The notes below the pieces were generated by a model. That model was given only the letters and a program-made list of their open reading frames with translations, was not told the origin of the DNA and did no database searches. Of a stretch of 64,000 nucleotides of DNA, positions 30,753 to 39,722 are shown in pieces (the stretch's first letter is position 1; every line of letters starts with the position of its first letter). The position numbers and the translations under genes are program-made. Source of the stretch: Patescibacteria group bacterium. GTDB lineage: Bacteria; Patescibacteriota; Patescibacteriia; UBA9934. The stretch is from positions 38,663-102,662 of the forward strand of contig JBBTSM010000003.1 of the NCBI GenBank assembly GCA_038064675.1, given 5' to 3'.

Positions 30753-31301
30753 GTGCTACGCGATAAACCACCCCTCGGCGTCTACGAAGCAGTAACGGAG
30801 GGCCTCGATAGGCACCTCCGACGCCAGATTGGCGACCTCATCAACATTCCGTGGAAAAAAATCGGACGCCTTGAGGTCTGGCAGATTCTGGAGTCTCCCT
30901 ACGCAACCGGACCGGACTTGATTGCCGGCCCAACGCCAGGTCAGTTCCGGAGTATCCGTAAAAAGCTCTCCGCCGTTCACTCTCGGCTGACGCCCCGAAC
31001 CCTCATCACTCGCCAGCTCAAGGAGCACCTGAGTATCGAACCCAGCGAGCGAGATCCAATGGAAGTCGGTGTCACCTGGCGAGTCGAGCAGACTCTCGTC
31101 CCCGTGCCATGCCCCGAAGGCAAGGCTCTGGAAGGCGAAGAGACACCCACCGCACAAGAGATGCGACTGGTGGTGGACAACCTCCGTCACGTCCACGTAC
31201 TCGCCGCGTACGACCGGCTCGTCTCGCTCTACGAGCTCATCGACCGCAACCCTGTTGCCGCGGCCATCATCGTGAACGAATTGAAGCGGCTCGACTACTA
31301 G
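30753..31301 (+). CDS. hypothetical protein (GC-rich island)
   Basis: GTG start preceded by AAGGAG. 182 aa. Followed by an imperfect hairpin/T-run. Confidence 0.4.
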   Translation: MLRDKPPLGVYEAVTEGLDRHLRRQIGDLINIPWKKIGRLEVWQILESPYATGPDLIAGPTPGQFRSIRKKLSAVHSRLTPRTLITRQLKEHLSIEPSERDPMEVGVTWRVEQTLVPVPCPEGKALEGEETPTAQEMRLVVDNLRHVHVLAAYDRLVSLYELIDRNPVAAAIIVNELKRLDY

Positions 31302-31319
31302 TCACTACAAACGCGCAAC

Positions 31320-31362
31320 GCGGTTCGACCACGCAGGTCGAGCCGCTCGTCGTTTTAGCTGA
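31320..31362 (+). terminator. candidate terminator
   Basis: GCGGTTCGACC acgcag GTCGAGCCGC (1 mismatch) followed by TCGTCGTTTT. Confidence 0.3.
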
Positions 31363-31459
31363 GTTTCATCACGGAACGACACTCGTCTTCCAGCGCAGCA
31401 AGCGCCACAAGCACGAGAAGAATTCGCATGGAGAAACGGAGATTATGCCCGTGCGCCGG

Positions 31460-32065
31460 CTATCCAGCGCCTGCATCACACGGAAGATCAACGCTCGCAA
31501 CCCCGACGGTCGCACAATCGTCACCAACCCAAAGGTGAAGCACGCCGTAGCAGCGCGACGCTCCGCGCGCGGACGGATAAACGTCGGGTCCGGACGTGGT
31601 TTCTTCCGCACGAATCATCGCCGCGGAAACTCGATCGAAGACGTCATCGGGCGCAAGGCGAATGAACGCTGCAAACGCCGGTGATGCAAGAACGGAGATG
31701 TCCGAGATGCCTGGCTGGAGGACGAGCGCGTCGATGTAGACGAGCTGACCGCTCTGATGCTCTCCGAGGTTGAGCACGTCAACGAAGCGAAGTGCATCAA
31801 CCATCCGACGGAACAGCGTAAGCGCATGTTGCGTCTGCGACCATTCTTCGGATTTAAGCGGATGAATGGGGATGCGCAGCGCCACGCAGTCGTTGCGTCG
31901 CTCGAGCCCGTTTTCGCCAATCACGATCGATCCACGCGTTTCTGCATCGATCAATACCCACGCACGAAGCGTCCACGTTGCAAGAATTTCGGAACCATCT
32001 GCACGCAACGACAGCGTCGTCACCCGCGGCGGATTCGGCTCCATCATGCACGGCTGAAAAAACAT
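31460..32065 (-). CDS. hypothetical protein
   Basis: 201-aa ORF upstream of mnmA. No recognisable motif. Confidence 0.45.
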   Translation of the reverse strand: MFFQPCMMEPNPPRVTTLSLRADGSEILATWTLRAWVLIDAETRGSIVIGENGLERRNDCVALRIPIHPLKSEEWSQTQHALTLFRRMVDALRFVDVLNLGEHQSGQLVYIDALVLQPGISDISVLASPAFAAFIRLAPDDVFDRVSAAMIRAEETTSGPDVYPSARGASRCYGVLHLWVGDDCATVGVASVDLPCDAGAG

Positions 32066-32085
32066 CTTTCACCTCCCAAAAAAGC

Positions 32086-33240
32086 TTAGCACGAAATCAC
32101 TCCACTCCCAATAAGCTCTTCTCCACGATAAAATGCAATGAATTGCCCAGGTGCGACGGCGCGTTGAGGAGAAGAAAAGTGAACAACAAATGCAACGGAG
32201 AGCGATGGGGTCAGGTCTTTACCTTTTACTTTTTCAATAACACATTCTGCCAATGGCTGCCGGTATCGGATCCTCGCCATGATCGGCTCACCGATCGCAT
32301 GGTCGATTGCGCCAGGAATGGTTTCGCTGATGTTCGTCGCGACAAGATCCGATCGGAACAGTGCCGGATCATCGGCTCCAACGGCAACAATCACTTCGTT
32401 TGTTTCCGGCCTGCGATCAACAACATATAGCGGCGTGCCTCCGCCGATTCCTAATCCCCCACGCTGGCCGATAGTGTAAAACTCGAATCCACGATGCTTG
32501 CCGAGGACTTTCCCCTCAGTCGTCACGATATTGCCGTCATGCGGCGTAATACGAGCCTCAAGAAACTGTTGCATGTCTACTTGACCAACGAAGCAAATGC
32601 CTTGGCTGTCTCTCTTTTGGGCAGTGGGCAAGTGGGCAAGCTGGGCAAGGCGCCGAACCTCGGCCTTCTGCAAGTCACCGATGGGAAAGAGTGATCGCTT
32701 CAACTGATCCTGATTCAGCTGACACAAGAAATAGGTTTGATCTTTATTTTCGTCGAGGCCGACGAGCAAGTGAGCAGAACCTTCCCCCTTACCCCCGCTC
32801 TCCTCGCCCGCCGCAGCTCGTCGAGCGCCTTCGTAAGGAGTGGGAGTGTCATCAACCCTTCGCGCGTAATGGCCAGTCGCAATGAAATCACAGCCGAGCT
32901 TATCGGCTTCCTTCAAAAACAAATCGAACTTCATGTACTTATTGCACAGCACGTCCGGATTCGGTGTTCGTCCGGCTTTGTATTCGTCAATCATGTATTC
33001 GTACACCTTCGATCGGTACTGCTCCTCAAAATCAAATGTATAAAATTTCAATCCCAACTGCCCAGCAACGCGCATTGCATCACGTCGCTCTCGTCGCCAC
33101 TCGCACTCCTCGCCGTCGTCGTTCGTGCTCCAGTTTTTCATGAAGCCACCAATCACCTCGTATCCTTGTTCCAACAACAACACCGCAGCAACGCTGCTGT
33201 CCACGCCGCCAGACATTCCAAGGAGAACGCGCTTCGCCAT
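32086..33240 (-). CDS. mnmA: tRNA 2-thiouridine(34) synthase MnmA
   Basis: PP-loop SGGVDSSVAA, catalytic Cys regions, CDFIATGHYARR. Contains a ~20-aa repeat-derived insertion. Confidence 0.95.
   Translation of the reverse strand: MAKRVLLGMSGGVDSSVAAVLLLEQGYEVIGGFMKNWSTNDDGEECEWRRERRDAMRVAGQLGLKFYTFDFEEQYRSKVYEYMIDEYKAGRTPNPDVLCNKYMKFDLFLKEADKLGCDFIATGHYARRVDDTPTPYEGARRAAAGEESGGKGEGSAHLLVGLDENKDQTYFLCQLNQDQLKRSLFPIGDLQKAEVRRLAQLAHLPTAQKRDSQGICFVGQVDMQQFLEARITPHDGNIVTTEGKVLGKHRGFEFYTIGQRGGLGIGGGTPLYVVDRRPETNEVIVAVGADDPALFRSDLVATNISETIPGAIDHAIGEPIMARIRYRQPLAECVIEKVKGKDLTPSLSVAFVVHFSSPQRAVAPGQFIAFYRGEELIGSGVISC
32781..32846. repeat. degenerate GC-rich palindromic element inserted in-frame in mnmA (encodes ...TPTPYEGARRAAAGEESGGKGEGS...)
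   Basis: cttcccccttacccccgctctcc ... gccTTCGTAAGGAGtgggag. Shares the TTCGTAAGG core with the ligA and uvrB copies. Confidence 0.5.
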
Positions 33241-33345
33241 ACAAAAGTAAAAGGTAAAGACCTGACCCCGTTATTACGTCACGTTACGTCATTAGATATT
33301 CCAAGGAGAACTTTCTTTGGCATACAATGCGTCTATAGTGTACCG

Positions 33346-33443
33346 GAATGCCCAGATCCTGAGCGCATGCGAAGGATCCCGAGTGCGCCCAGATGGAACC
33401 TTCACGCATCTGACAGAGACCCTTCGCATACGCTCAGGGTCTA
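33346..33443. repeat. structured intergenic repeat, family A/B copy 2
   Basis: See 21176..21278. Here the H1 loop cctgagcgcatgcgaagg is complementary to the later ccttcgcatacgctcagg (1 mismatch). Confidence 0.65.
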
Positions 33444-33454
33444 ACGACGCATGA

Positions 33455-34135
33455 TTAGCGCGCGAAAACCTCAAGCTCCGGCTCTGCGACCGCCGTAATC
33501 CGTTCCTTCGTTACCGGCTGATCAAAACTCAACGATCGCGCCATAAGTGCAAGTGCCGTTGATCCGTTCGGAAGTTGAATCGCCGCTTTTGCTCCGTACT
33601 TCATGTCGCCAACGATCGGCGATCCAATCGACTGCATTGCGACACGAATTTGATGCGACCGACCGGTCTTCGGCCTCACCTCGATGAGCACGCGACCATC
33701 GTCGAATTTCTGTATCGCCGACCATGCTGTTTCTGCGTACTGCGATCCTGAAACTTCGTGATCAAATGCCTTCGTCGTATTGTTCGTTTCGTCTTTGACT
33801 AGCCACTGCTTTACGATTCCCGAATCACCGACCGCGCGATCGGACGCTTCGACGACCGCCCAGTAGATCTTTTCAACAGCGTGCGTTCGGAACTGATCAC
33901 TCAATCGCGCCGATCCTTTGCTCGTCTTCCCAAACACCACAACTCCCCCAACCGGCCGATCAAGGCGGTGAATAAGGCCAAGAAACACATTCCCAGGCTT
34001 ATCGTCGCGTTGTTTCAAAAAATACCGCACCTCGTTAATAAGCGTGGAGTCCCCGGTTTCGTCCGCCTGCACCAACATGCCGTGCGGTTTTTGCACGGCA
34101 ATCACGTGATTGTCTTCGTAAAGGATTGGAACCAT
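33455..34135 (-). CDS. RluA-family pseudouridine synthase
   Basis: Catalytic motif HRLDRPVGGVVVFGKT. No S4 domain. 226 aa. Confidence 0.85.
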   Translation of the reverse strand: MVPILYEDNHVIAVQKPHGMLVQADETGDSTLINEVRYFLKQRDDKPGNVFLGLIHRLDRPVGGVVVFGKTSKGSARLSDQFRTHAVEKIYWAVVEASDRAVGDSGIVKQWLVKDETNNTTKAFDHEVSGSQYAETAWSAIQKFDDGRVLIEVRPKTGRSHQIRVAMQSIGSPIVGDMKYGAKAAIQLPNGSTALALMARSLSFDQPVTKERITAVAEPELEVFAR

Positions 34136-34328
34136 AGATTGTAAAATGTCACTAAATAGTCTAGCATCCTCAGGTCACCAAGGAGAAATCGTGACCGACT
34201 TCGACCGGCGGAACGCCATCAACCCCCGTTTCGTTCCCTCGTACTGCGACAAATGTGGTGAATCTATTCGCCTCTAGAAAGAAGGCGACGACTGGAATCA
34301 ATTCACCTGCTCCCTGAATGCGAGCCAT

Positions 34329-34769
34329 ATGCGGTGGATCCAGTCGCCGTCGGTGGCGTACGCCGTGCTACTCGACGAGCTCGACCAGACGTACATCATG
34401 GAGCGCGCCATTCTGCCGGCTATCGGTGGCTGGTGCTTCTCTGGCGGGTACACGGACTATGGCGAAACCGCCGCGGAAACCATCGTCCACGAAACGTCCG
34501 GTAAAGCCTGCATTCGCATCGTTGGGAAGAAAGCGAAGTACCTCGGCCAGTGGTTCGAGCCCGGCCCCGGTGTGACGGTGATCGGGGTTCTCGTTCGCAT
34601 CAAGACTGCGGACGTCGACCCCTTCGTGCCGAACAAGGAAGCAACTGCTCGACGTGAGGTGAACCTCTGGGATCTGGAACCGGAGATTCTCGCCTTCAAT
34701 AGCAACCGGCTTGCGCTAGCCGCAGCTCGAGAGGTCGTTCGGAAGGAGCGTGCGTTCGAACATCCGTGA
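34329..34769 (+). CDS. NUDIX-fold protein with degenerate Nudix box
   Basis: GGWCFSGGYTDYGETAAETIVHETSGKA aligns to the Nudix box GgW.fPGG...GEt..ea..RE..EEtG, with RE to HE and EE to TS substitutions. Confidence 0.6.
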   Translation: MRWIQSPSVAYAVLLDELDQTYIMERAILPAIGGWCFSGGYTDYGETAAETIVHETSGKACIRIVGKKAKYLGQWFEPGPGVTVIGVLVRIKTADVDPFVPNKEATARREVNLWDLEPEILAFNSNRLALAAAREVVRKERAFEHP

Positions 34770-34785
34770 ATCATCACGCCACGCG

Positions 34786-34832
34786 ACGCCGCCTCCCAGT
34801 ACGACCTGGTGGGCGGCGTTGGTCGTTTATAT
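34786..34832 (+). terminator. terminator hairpin, GCCGCC-stem family
   Basis: ACGCCGCC tcccagtacgacctggt GGGCGGCGT followed by tggtcgtttatat. Confidence 0.45.
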
Positions 34833-34842
34833 AAAATGGAAC

Positions 34843-34893
34843 GTTAAAAAACAACGATGCGCTGCGTTGGGCGTTCCCCAACACAGCGCATCA
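34843..34893 (-). terminator. rho-independent terminator for 34899..35255 gene
   Basis: GATGCGCTG ... CAGCGCATC 9-bp stem followed on the minus strand by GTTGTTTTTTAACG. Confidence 0.5.
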
Positions 34894-34898
34894 GCTTG

Positions 34899-35255
34899 TC
34901 ACCCGTGAAGGAACTCGTCCGGAACGGCGTCCACGTCGTCGAGCATTTCGTCGAGCGTGACGACAGACGCGCCGATTACGCCGCAGATGTGGCTCACACA
35001 GAGGAACTCATTCCCAACGGTTGGCACGTGGTAGTACGTCAACATTCGATGCTCTTCCGGTTCTACCAGGCCTTCGATAGGGTCGAGCAACGCAGTGAAC
35101 GAACGCGTTCCCGGCGCGAGTACGACGGCGTAGTTGTACGATTCACCGCTCACGCGATGAATACACTCAGCGATTCTTTCCACGGCAGACAAGATGCCGT
35201 AGATATTCCCCACCGGAATCTTGATCTCGCGATCATGAATCATCACTGCCGACAT
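34899..35255 (-). CDS. hypothetical protein (GC-rich island)
   Basis: 118-aa ORF with its own terminator. No recognisable motif. Confidence 0.45.
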   Translation of the reverse strand: MSAVMIHDREIKIPVGNIYGILSAVERIAECIHRVSGESYNYAVVLAPGTRSFTALLDPIEGLVEPEEHRMLTYYHVPTVGNEFLCVSHICGVIGASVVTLDEMLDDVDAVPDEFLHG

Positions 35256-35710
35256 TTCACACCCCGGTGATTTGCGAGCGCCCCAGCTTCCAACCGCTGC
35301 TCTTCACGAGCGTCGCACACCCAGCAGCGACAGTCGTCGCTCTCGAGGTCGCCCACGCCACAGGTCGTGCAGTGCACCACCCGCAACGTCCGTGCGTTTG
35401 CGACGAACTCCTCCATGGGCACCTCGCGCCCGTTCTGAAGAGCGATGAGCCCGACGGACCGCGCGGCGAGGTACACATCCAACATCGTGATGAACGGCGC
35501 GGCGCGCTCGTAGCGCAGGCCAGCGTCGAGATCGAGCCGACGTGCGACGAGCGGACCGACACCTGCCAGCACGAACTCATCGGCAAAGGTGAGCATGAGC
35601 AGACGGAGCCGGCCGATCTGCACCAGAGGGACGAGCCGCGAAGGGCCGTCAACCTCGGAAAAAATCAGTGAACCAGCAATATCAGGAACCACACCCAGAC
35701 CAATAAGCAT
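35243..35710 (-). CDS. hypothetical protein with C-terminal Cys-rich (zinc-ribbon-like) motif
   Basis: 155 aa, C-terminal HCTTCG...CRCWVCD. Overlaps the downstream gene by 13 nt. Confidence 0.45.
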   Translation of the reverse strand: MLIGLGVVPDIAGSLIFSEVDGPSRLVPLVQIGRLRLLMLTFADEFVLAGVGPLVARRLDLDAGLRYERAAPFITMLDVYLAARSVGLIALQNGREVPMEEFVANARTLRVVHCTTCGVGDLESDDCRCWVCDAREEQRLEAGALANHRGVKCRQ

Positions 35711-35766
35711 CCCTTATCCTCCATCATGAAAGGGAACGAATAGTATACACGAAAATCGAAAAAGGG

Positions 35767-38424
35767 CTAGAGCGCGGCGGCTTTTTCTACAGAAATCGTC
35801 CCGCCTTTGTGATAAATGACCGTATCCCGACGGCCAACGTCGCCCTGCAAAATGCGCTCGGCAATGAGGTTCTCCACTTTATCCTGCAGCACGCGGCGCA
35901 ATGGACGCGCGCCAAACTTTGGGTCGTAACCTTGGACAGAAAGCTCGTGCACCGCGTCGTCATCAATCTGAAAGTTGAGCCCTTTTGCCTTCAGCCGTTC
36001 CTCGATCTTCGCAACCATAAGATACGTAATCGCCGCAACGTCGTCTTGCGTGAGCGGTGAGAACACGATCACATCGTCGAAACGATTGAGGAATTCTGGA
36101 CGATACACTTGGCGAAGTTGGTTCTCCATGAGCTCCGATTTCACCGCCGCGAGATTCGTCCCTTTCTGCACCTCGTCTTGAATGTACTGCGTTCCCGCGT
36201 TTGATGTGGCAATAAGAATGACGTTCGTGAAATCGATCATGCGACCAAGGCCGTCGGTTAAACGACCATCATCCATCACCTGCAAGAACAAGTTCAAAAT
36301 ATCGGGATGCGCTTTTTCCAGCTCGTCGAGAAGCAACAACGTGAACGGCGTTTTGCGAATCGCTTCTGTGAGCAGTCCAGCCTGGCCGTTGCTGCCGATC
36401 AGCCGCGCGACCGATGCTTGGTCTTGGTATTCGCTCATATCGAACCGCACCATAGCGTTCTCGCTACCGAAATACACTTCCGATGTTGTTTTCGCGAGCT
36501 CTGTCTTTCCCACACCCGTTGGCCCGAGGAATAGGAAATTCGCAATCGGTCTGCTGCCGGACCGAAGTTCGGTTCGTGCTCGGCGCAATGCTGACGACAC
36601 TGATGAGATCGCGGCTTCCTGACCAATAACCCGTTCATGCAGTCGCGATTCCAGTTGCAACAACTTCTGACTCTCGTCTTGCGAGATTGACGTCACTGGA
36701 ACCTTTGATTGTTCGGAAACGCGCGCAGCAATATCTTCCCGTGTTACCCAAACCAATCCTTGCGTTCGCGGCTTCTTTCCCACGTCGAGTGCAGCTTCAC
36801 GAGCGACGGACAACGCAGAGGTCGGCAACACAATGTCATGAAGGTATCGCGCAGCAAGATCAACGCACGCGGCGACGGCGTGATACGTAAATACAACGTT
36901 ATTCGTGTTCTCGATTCCTCCGATGTGGGATTCGAGAATGCGAATCGCGAGGTTGCGATCAGGTTCGTCAATCGCGATGCGCTGCAGTTTTGGTCCAAGG
37001 CTCGATCGCTCAAGCTTCTCCGTATATCCTCCCGGCGTTGCCGTCGCAATCACAAACGTGTAACCCTTCTCCAGTTCACCGGCGAGAATGGATGAGAGGT
37101 CAATCGATCCCCCAACGCCAACGAGCTCGTGAATATTTTCGATAACGAGAATAATGTTTCCACTCGCCGCAACTTCAAACAGCGCATACAGGAATCGTTC
37201 CTCCGCGCCGTTCCCGCCTTCAGCGCTCACGATGTGCGAAACGTTCATGCGGAGCAATCGCTTGTCCTTCAAGATATTCGGAACACGCTCCTCAACCATC
37301 AGTTGCGCAAGACCTTCAATCACCGCGCCTTTTCCAACGCCCGGGCTTCCGACGAGCACAACACTCTGGCTGCCGCCTTCAATCGATCGGAGCAATGCTT
37401 TCATCTCCATGTCGCGGTCCACACAGAACTCCGACCGGCCATACACGGCGTTCTTCGTGAGGTCGTCGGTAACATTATCAAGAAACGGCGTTGCAACCGC
37501 AGTGTATGCGCGGTCCATGTTGCCTGTTGGCTTGAATCCTGCCGCCTTACGGAAATCCTGATACCTCCGGCGCAATGCGTCTTGAATACGCAACCATGCA
37601 ATCGTATTCATCGTCGCATCACGATCCGCGCCCACCGCAAACATGACTTCTTGCAAAAATGGATCCGCGTCGTATGCCGCAGCAAAACACTCGAGCCCAG
37701 ACACGTGTTCGGATCCGAATGTTGCTGCGCTAAAAAATGCATCGCGAACAATACCGATCGCCGTATTTCCAAACGACGTCTCCCCCGTTGGAAGCGGAGC
37801 CATCTTGCGACGAAGCGGATCGATCACCGACGACAAGCTGATGCCGAGACGCGCAAAGAGCACGCGAACATCGCGATCTGCCGTGGATGCGGCGAAGATG
37901 TGCATCGCCATCACGTCCGCATGATTGGACTTCTTCGCAAGCGCGTATGCTTCCTCAAAAAGCGCAACGGAATCCGACGCCATCGCACAAAACATTCCCT
38001 GCTTCCGGCTTGCGGCGCCGAGCGATGGAATAGACGTCTTCTCTGGTACACCGTTTCGGGTTTTTGGAATGGTAACTGTCGCATCCGCAATCACTCGCGT
38101 TTTGTACCATGCGTAACACAAGGAAAGAACGCCGAGCCAGAATGCAAAAAGGTCTCCGTGCGGTGTAAGCCAGAAATCCGAATCAAGAACATCGGTTGCG
38201 TGAATGGTCACGACACCGATTACAAAGACAATAAACGAAACAAGAGCAGCACCAACTCCAATCCACCGAAACATCTTTGCAATACCGTGCATGCGTTTCC
38301 GATACGCAATCGCATCGGCGTTCATCACGCCGTCCCAATACCAAAATGTTCCGTCGATTAACACGCCAGGAATGCCCGACGTCTGCGCCTCACTTTCCTG
38401 GATAAGGGAGAGATCGAGGCTCAT
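35767..38424 (-). CDS. ClpA/ClpB-family AAA+ ATPase with N-terminal transmembrane domain
   Basis: Two AAA+ modules. The first Walker A is atypical (GSPGVGKG). The second is canonical (LGPTGVGKTELAK, LLLDELEKAH), followed by the ClpB_D2-small region (FDDVIVFSPL, GARPLRRVL). The N-terminal ~300 aa carries TM helices. Start reassigned to MSLDLS at 38424. The upstream 140 codons of the long ORF are rejected. Confidence 0.8.
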   Translation of the reverse strand: MSLDLSLIQESEAQTSGIPGVLIDGTFWYWDGVMNADAIAYRKRMHGIAKMFRWIGVGAALVSFIVFVIGVVTIHATDVLDSDFWLTPHGDLFAFWLGVLSLCYAWYKTRVIADATVTIPKTRNGVPEKTSIPSLGAASRKQGMFCAMASDSVALFEEAYALAKKSNHADVMAMHIFAASTADRDVRVLFARLGISLSSVIDPLRRKMAPLPTGETSFGNTAIGIVRDAFFSAATFGSEHVSGLECFAAAYDADPFLQEVMFAVGADRDATMNTIAWLRIQDALRRRYQDFRKAAGFKPTGNMDRAYTAVATPFLDNVTDDLTKNAVYGRSEFCVDRDMEMKALLRSIEGGSQSVVLVGSPGVGKGAVIEGLAQLMVEERVPNILKDKRLLRMNVSHIVSAEGGNGAEERFLYALFEVAASGNIILVIENIHELVGVGGSIDLSSILAGELEKGYTFVIATATPGGYTEKLERSSLGPKLQRIAIDEPDRNLAIRILESHIGGIENTNNVVFTYHAVAACVDLAARYLHDIVLPTSALSVAREAALDVGKKPRTQGLVWVTREDIAARVSEQSKVPVTSISQDESQKLLQLESRLHERVIGQEAAISSVSSALRRARTELRSGSRPIANFLFLGPTGVGKTELAKTTSEVYFGSENAMVRFDMSEYQDQASVARLIGSNGQAGLLTEAIRKTPFTLLLLDELEKAHPDILNLFLQVMDDGRLTDGLGRMIDFTNVILIATSNAGTQYIQDEVQKGTNLAAVKSELMENQLRQVYRPEFLNRFDDVIVFSPLTQDDVAAITYLMVAKIEERLKAKGLNFQIDDDAVHELSVQGYDPKFGARPLRRVLQDKVENLIAERILQGDVGRRDTVIYHKGGTISVEKAAAL

Positions 38425-38840
38425 AGCGAAAGAATTGACGTTGCATGAAACAAGATGAATGCAACCGCGATTCCTGGGAGCGCGACATAAAACGCGAAAA
38501 TTCCGAGAACGATGGCTGCAACGATAATCGTCACGAATCCGCGGCCCACCACATTCACCAAGCGCATAAACACGCTGATGATTCTGCTTTGCCAGTCGTA
38601 CCGGCCAAACATCGGCACAAACATATTCCTTGCCCACGTCATCACCCCAATGCTTCGAACATACCCCTGCACAAATTCCATTGCGTATGTTGCGGCACGA
38701 AGCAATCCCTTTCCGTACCACCACGCAGGGAAACGCAAAATATCGCCGCCCAATTCCCAAAGTAATCCCGCTCCATTCCCTCCTTGTGCACCTTGCATAT
38801 GGTGAGATTGTAACATGGCTTCGTTGAGCGAAATGAGCAA
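38421..38840 (-). CDS. small membrane protein, translationally coupled (ATGA overlap) to the Clp-like ATPase
   Basis: 139-aa ORF in a different frame from the rejected extension, with a hydrophobic C-terminus (FVTIIVAAIVLGIFAFYVALPGIAVAFILF). Confidence 0.5.
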   Translation of the reverse strand: MLISLNEAMLQSHHMQGAQGGNGAGLLWELGGDILRFPAWWYGKGLLRAATYAMEFVQGYVRSIGVMTWARNMFVPMFGRYDWQSRIISVFMRLVNVVGRGFVTIIVAAIVLGIFAFYVALPGIAVAFILFHATSILSL

Positions 38841-38957
38841 TCAACGATTACGCCTTAAGCGAATTGAGCGAGTGAAATACGAATCCGGCTCAGACCATCG
38901 CTCAATTCGCTCGCGCATCGCGCTCGCTCAAGGGTAATCCCGATCGCTCATCGTCAC

Positions 38958-39329
38958 CTACTTCATCCCAATATACGCGCTTGCTTCTTTATCAAGAAGG
39001 AGAACAAGTGAAATAATCGGCAACAACGAAAGTGCTCCACCGCCGCAAACAATCTGCACAATCAGCGAAACAAACGCTGCTGTTGCCCAGTTTTCCTTGC
39101 GAACCTTGATGGCGTTCAGCACAATCCACGGTAAACCAATAGTTGCTGCGAGAGCGATGAGGAAAAGAACTGCTCCCAAGACCATAGCGGGAAGCGGCGG
39201 CATTTCCTGTGCCCCACCAAAGGCGAGAAAGAGAAAGAATGCCGCACCGATCGCTAAAAAGAACAGTGGAATCGCCATCTGAATAATCGTCAACGTCCGC
39301 ACGATACTAATGCGTTTTACGAGTGTCAT
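38958..39329 (-). CDS. hypothetical small membrane protein
   Basis: 123 aa with 3-4 predicted TM helices. Confidence 0.5.
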   Translation of the reverse strand: MTLVKRISIVRTLTIIQMAIPLFFLAIGAAFFLFLAFGGAQEMPPLPAMVLGAVLFLIALAATIGLPWIVLNAIKVRKENWATAAFVSLIVQIVCGGGALSLLPIISLVLLLDKEASAYIGMK

Positions 39330-39331
39330 AG

Positions 39332-39679
39332 TTAATCCTTCTTAAAGCTTACTTTAAAGACTGGAGCCCATTTCACGTTCATGTCGTCCACAATCTCCAC
39401 TGGGAGCTGTTGCACATACATGTTCAGCGCGATGTCTGCTAACAAAATTGTATCAGATTGAATATCCACCTTCAGTTCCTCGATCTTTCCGGTATCTGCA
39501 TCCCGTCCTCGAGCTTCATTCTCGATGCTCTTCTTTTCCGCCTTCAATGTTTCAATCTTCTCCAAAATCTCCATGTAATGCGCATTGTTCCGCAATTCGT
39601 CCTGGAACGATCGCACCATTTCCCGCTTTTCCTTCTTCTTCTTGGTGAGTCGAGAGTGAACTTCTTGGAGCTTTGGCAT
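39332..39679 (-). CDS. hypothetical coiled-coil protein
   Basis: 115 aa, Lys/Glu-rich heptad-like sequence. Confidence 0.45.
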   Translation of the reverse strand: MPKLQEVHSRLTKKKKEKREMVRSFQDELRNNAHYMEILEKIETLKAEKKSIENEARGRDADTGKIEELKVDIQSDTILLADIALNMYVQQLPVEIVDDMNVKWAPVFKVSFKKD

Positions 39680-39722
39680 AAAAGGAATTTGGAGAATTCT
39701 AAGTGCGAATATCTTATCATGT

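Noticed and set aside
34192-34278. 28-codon GTG ORF with SD (VTDFDRRNAINPRFVPSYCDKCGESIRL) upstream of the NUDIX gene
   Set aside because: It is too short and unsupported. It may simply be leader sequence. My hand numbering here disagrees with the ORF track by 1 nt.
37129-38361. 410-aa plus-strand ORF
   Set aside because: It is entirely antisense to the well-supported Clp-family ATPase gene. The His/Arg/Cys-rich composition is typical of an antisense frame.
38425-38844. N-terminal 140 codons of the 1025-aa Clp-like ORF
   Set aside because: A different frame of the same region encodes a hydrophobic 139-aa protein that ends in an ATGA overlap with the MSLDLS start. The extension is Cys/Arg-rich and implausible.
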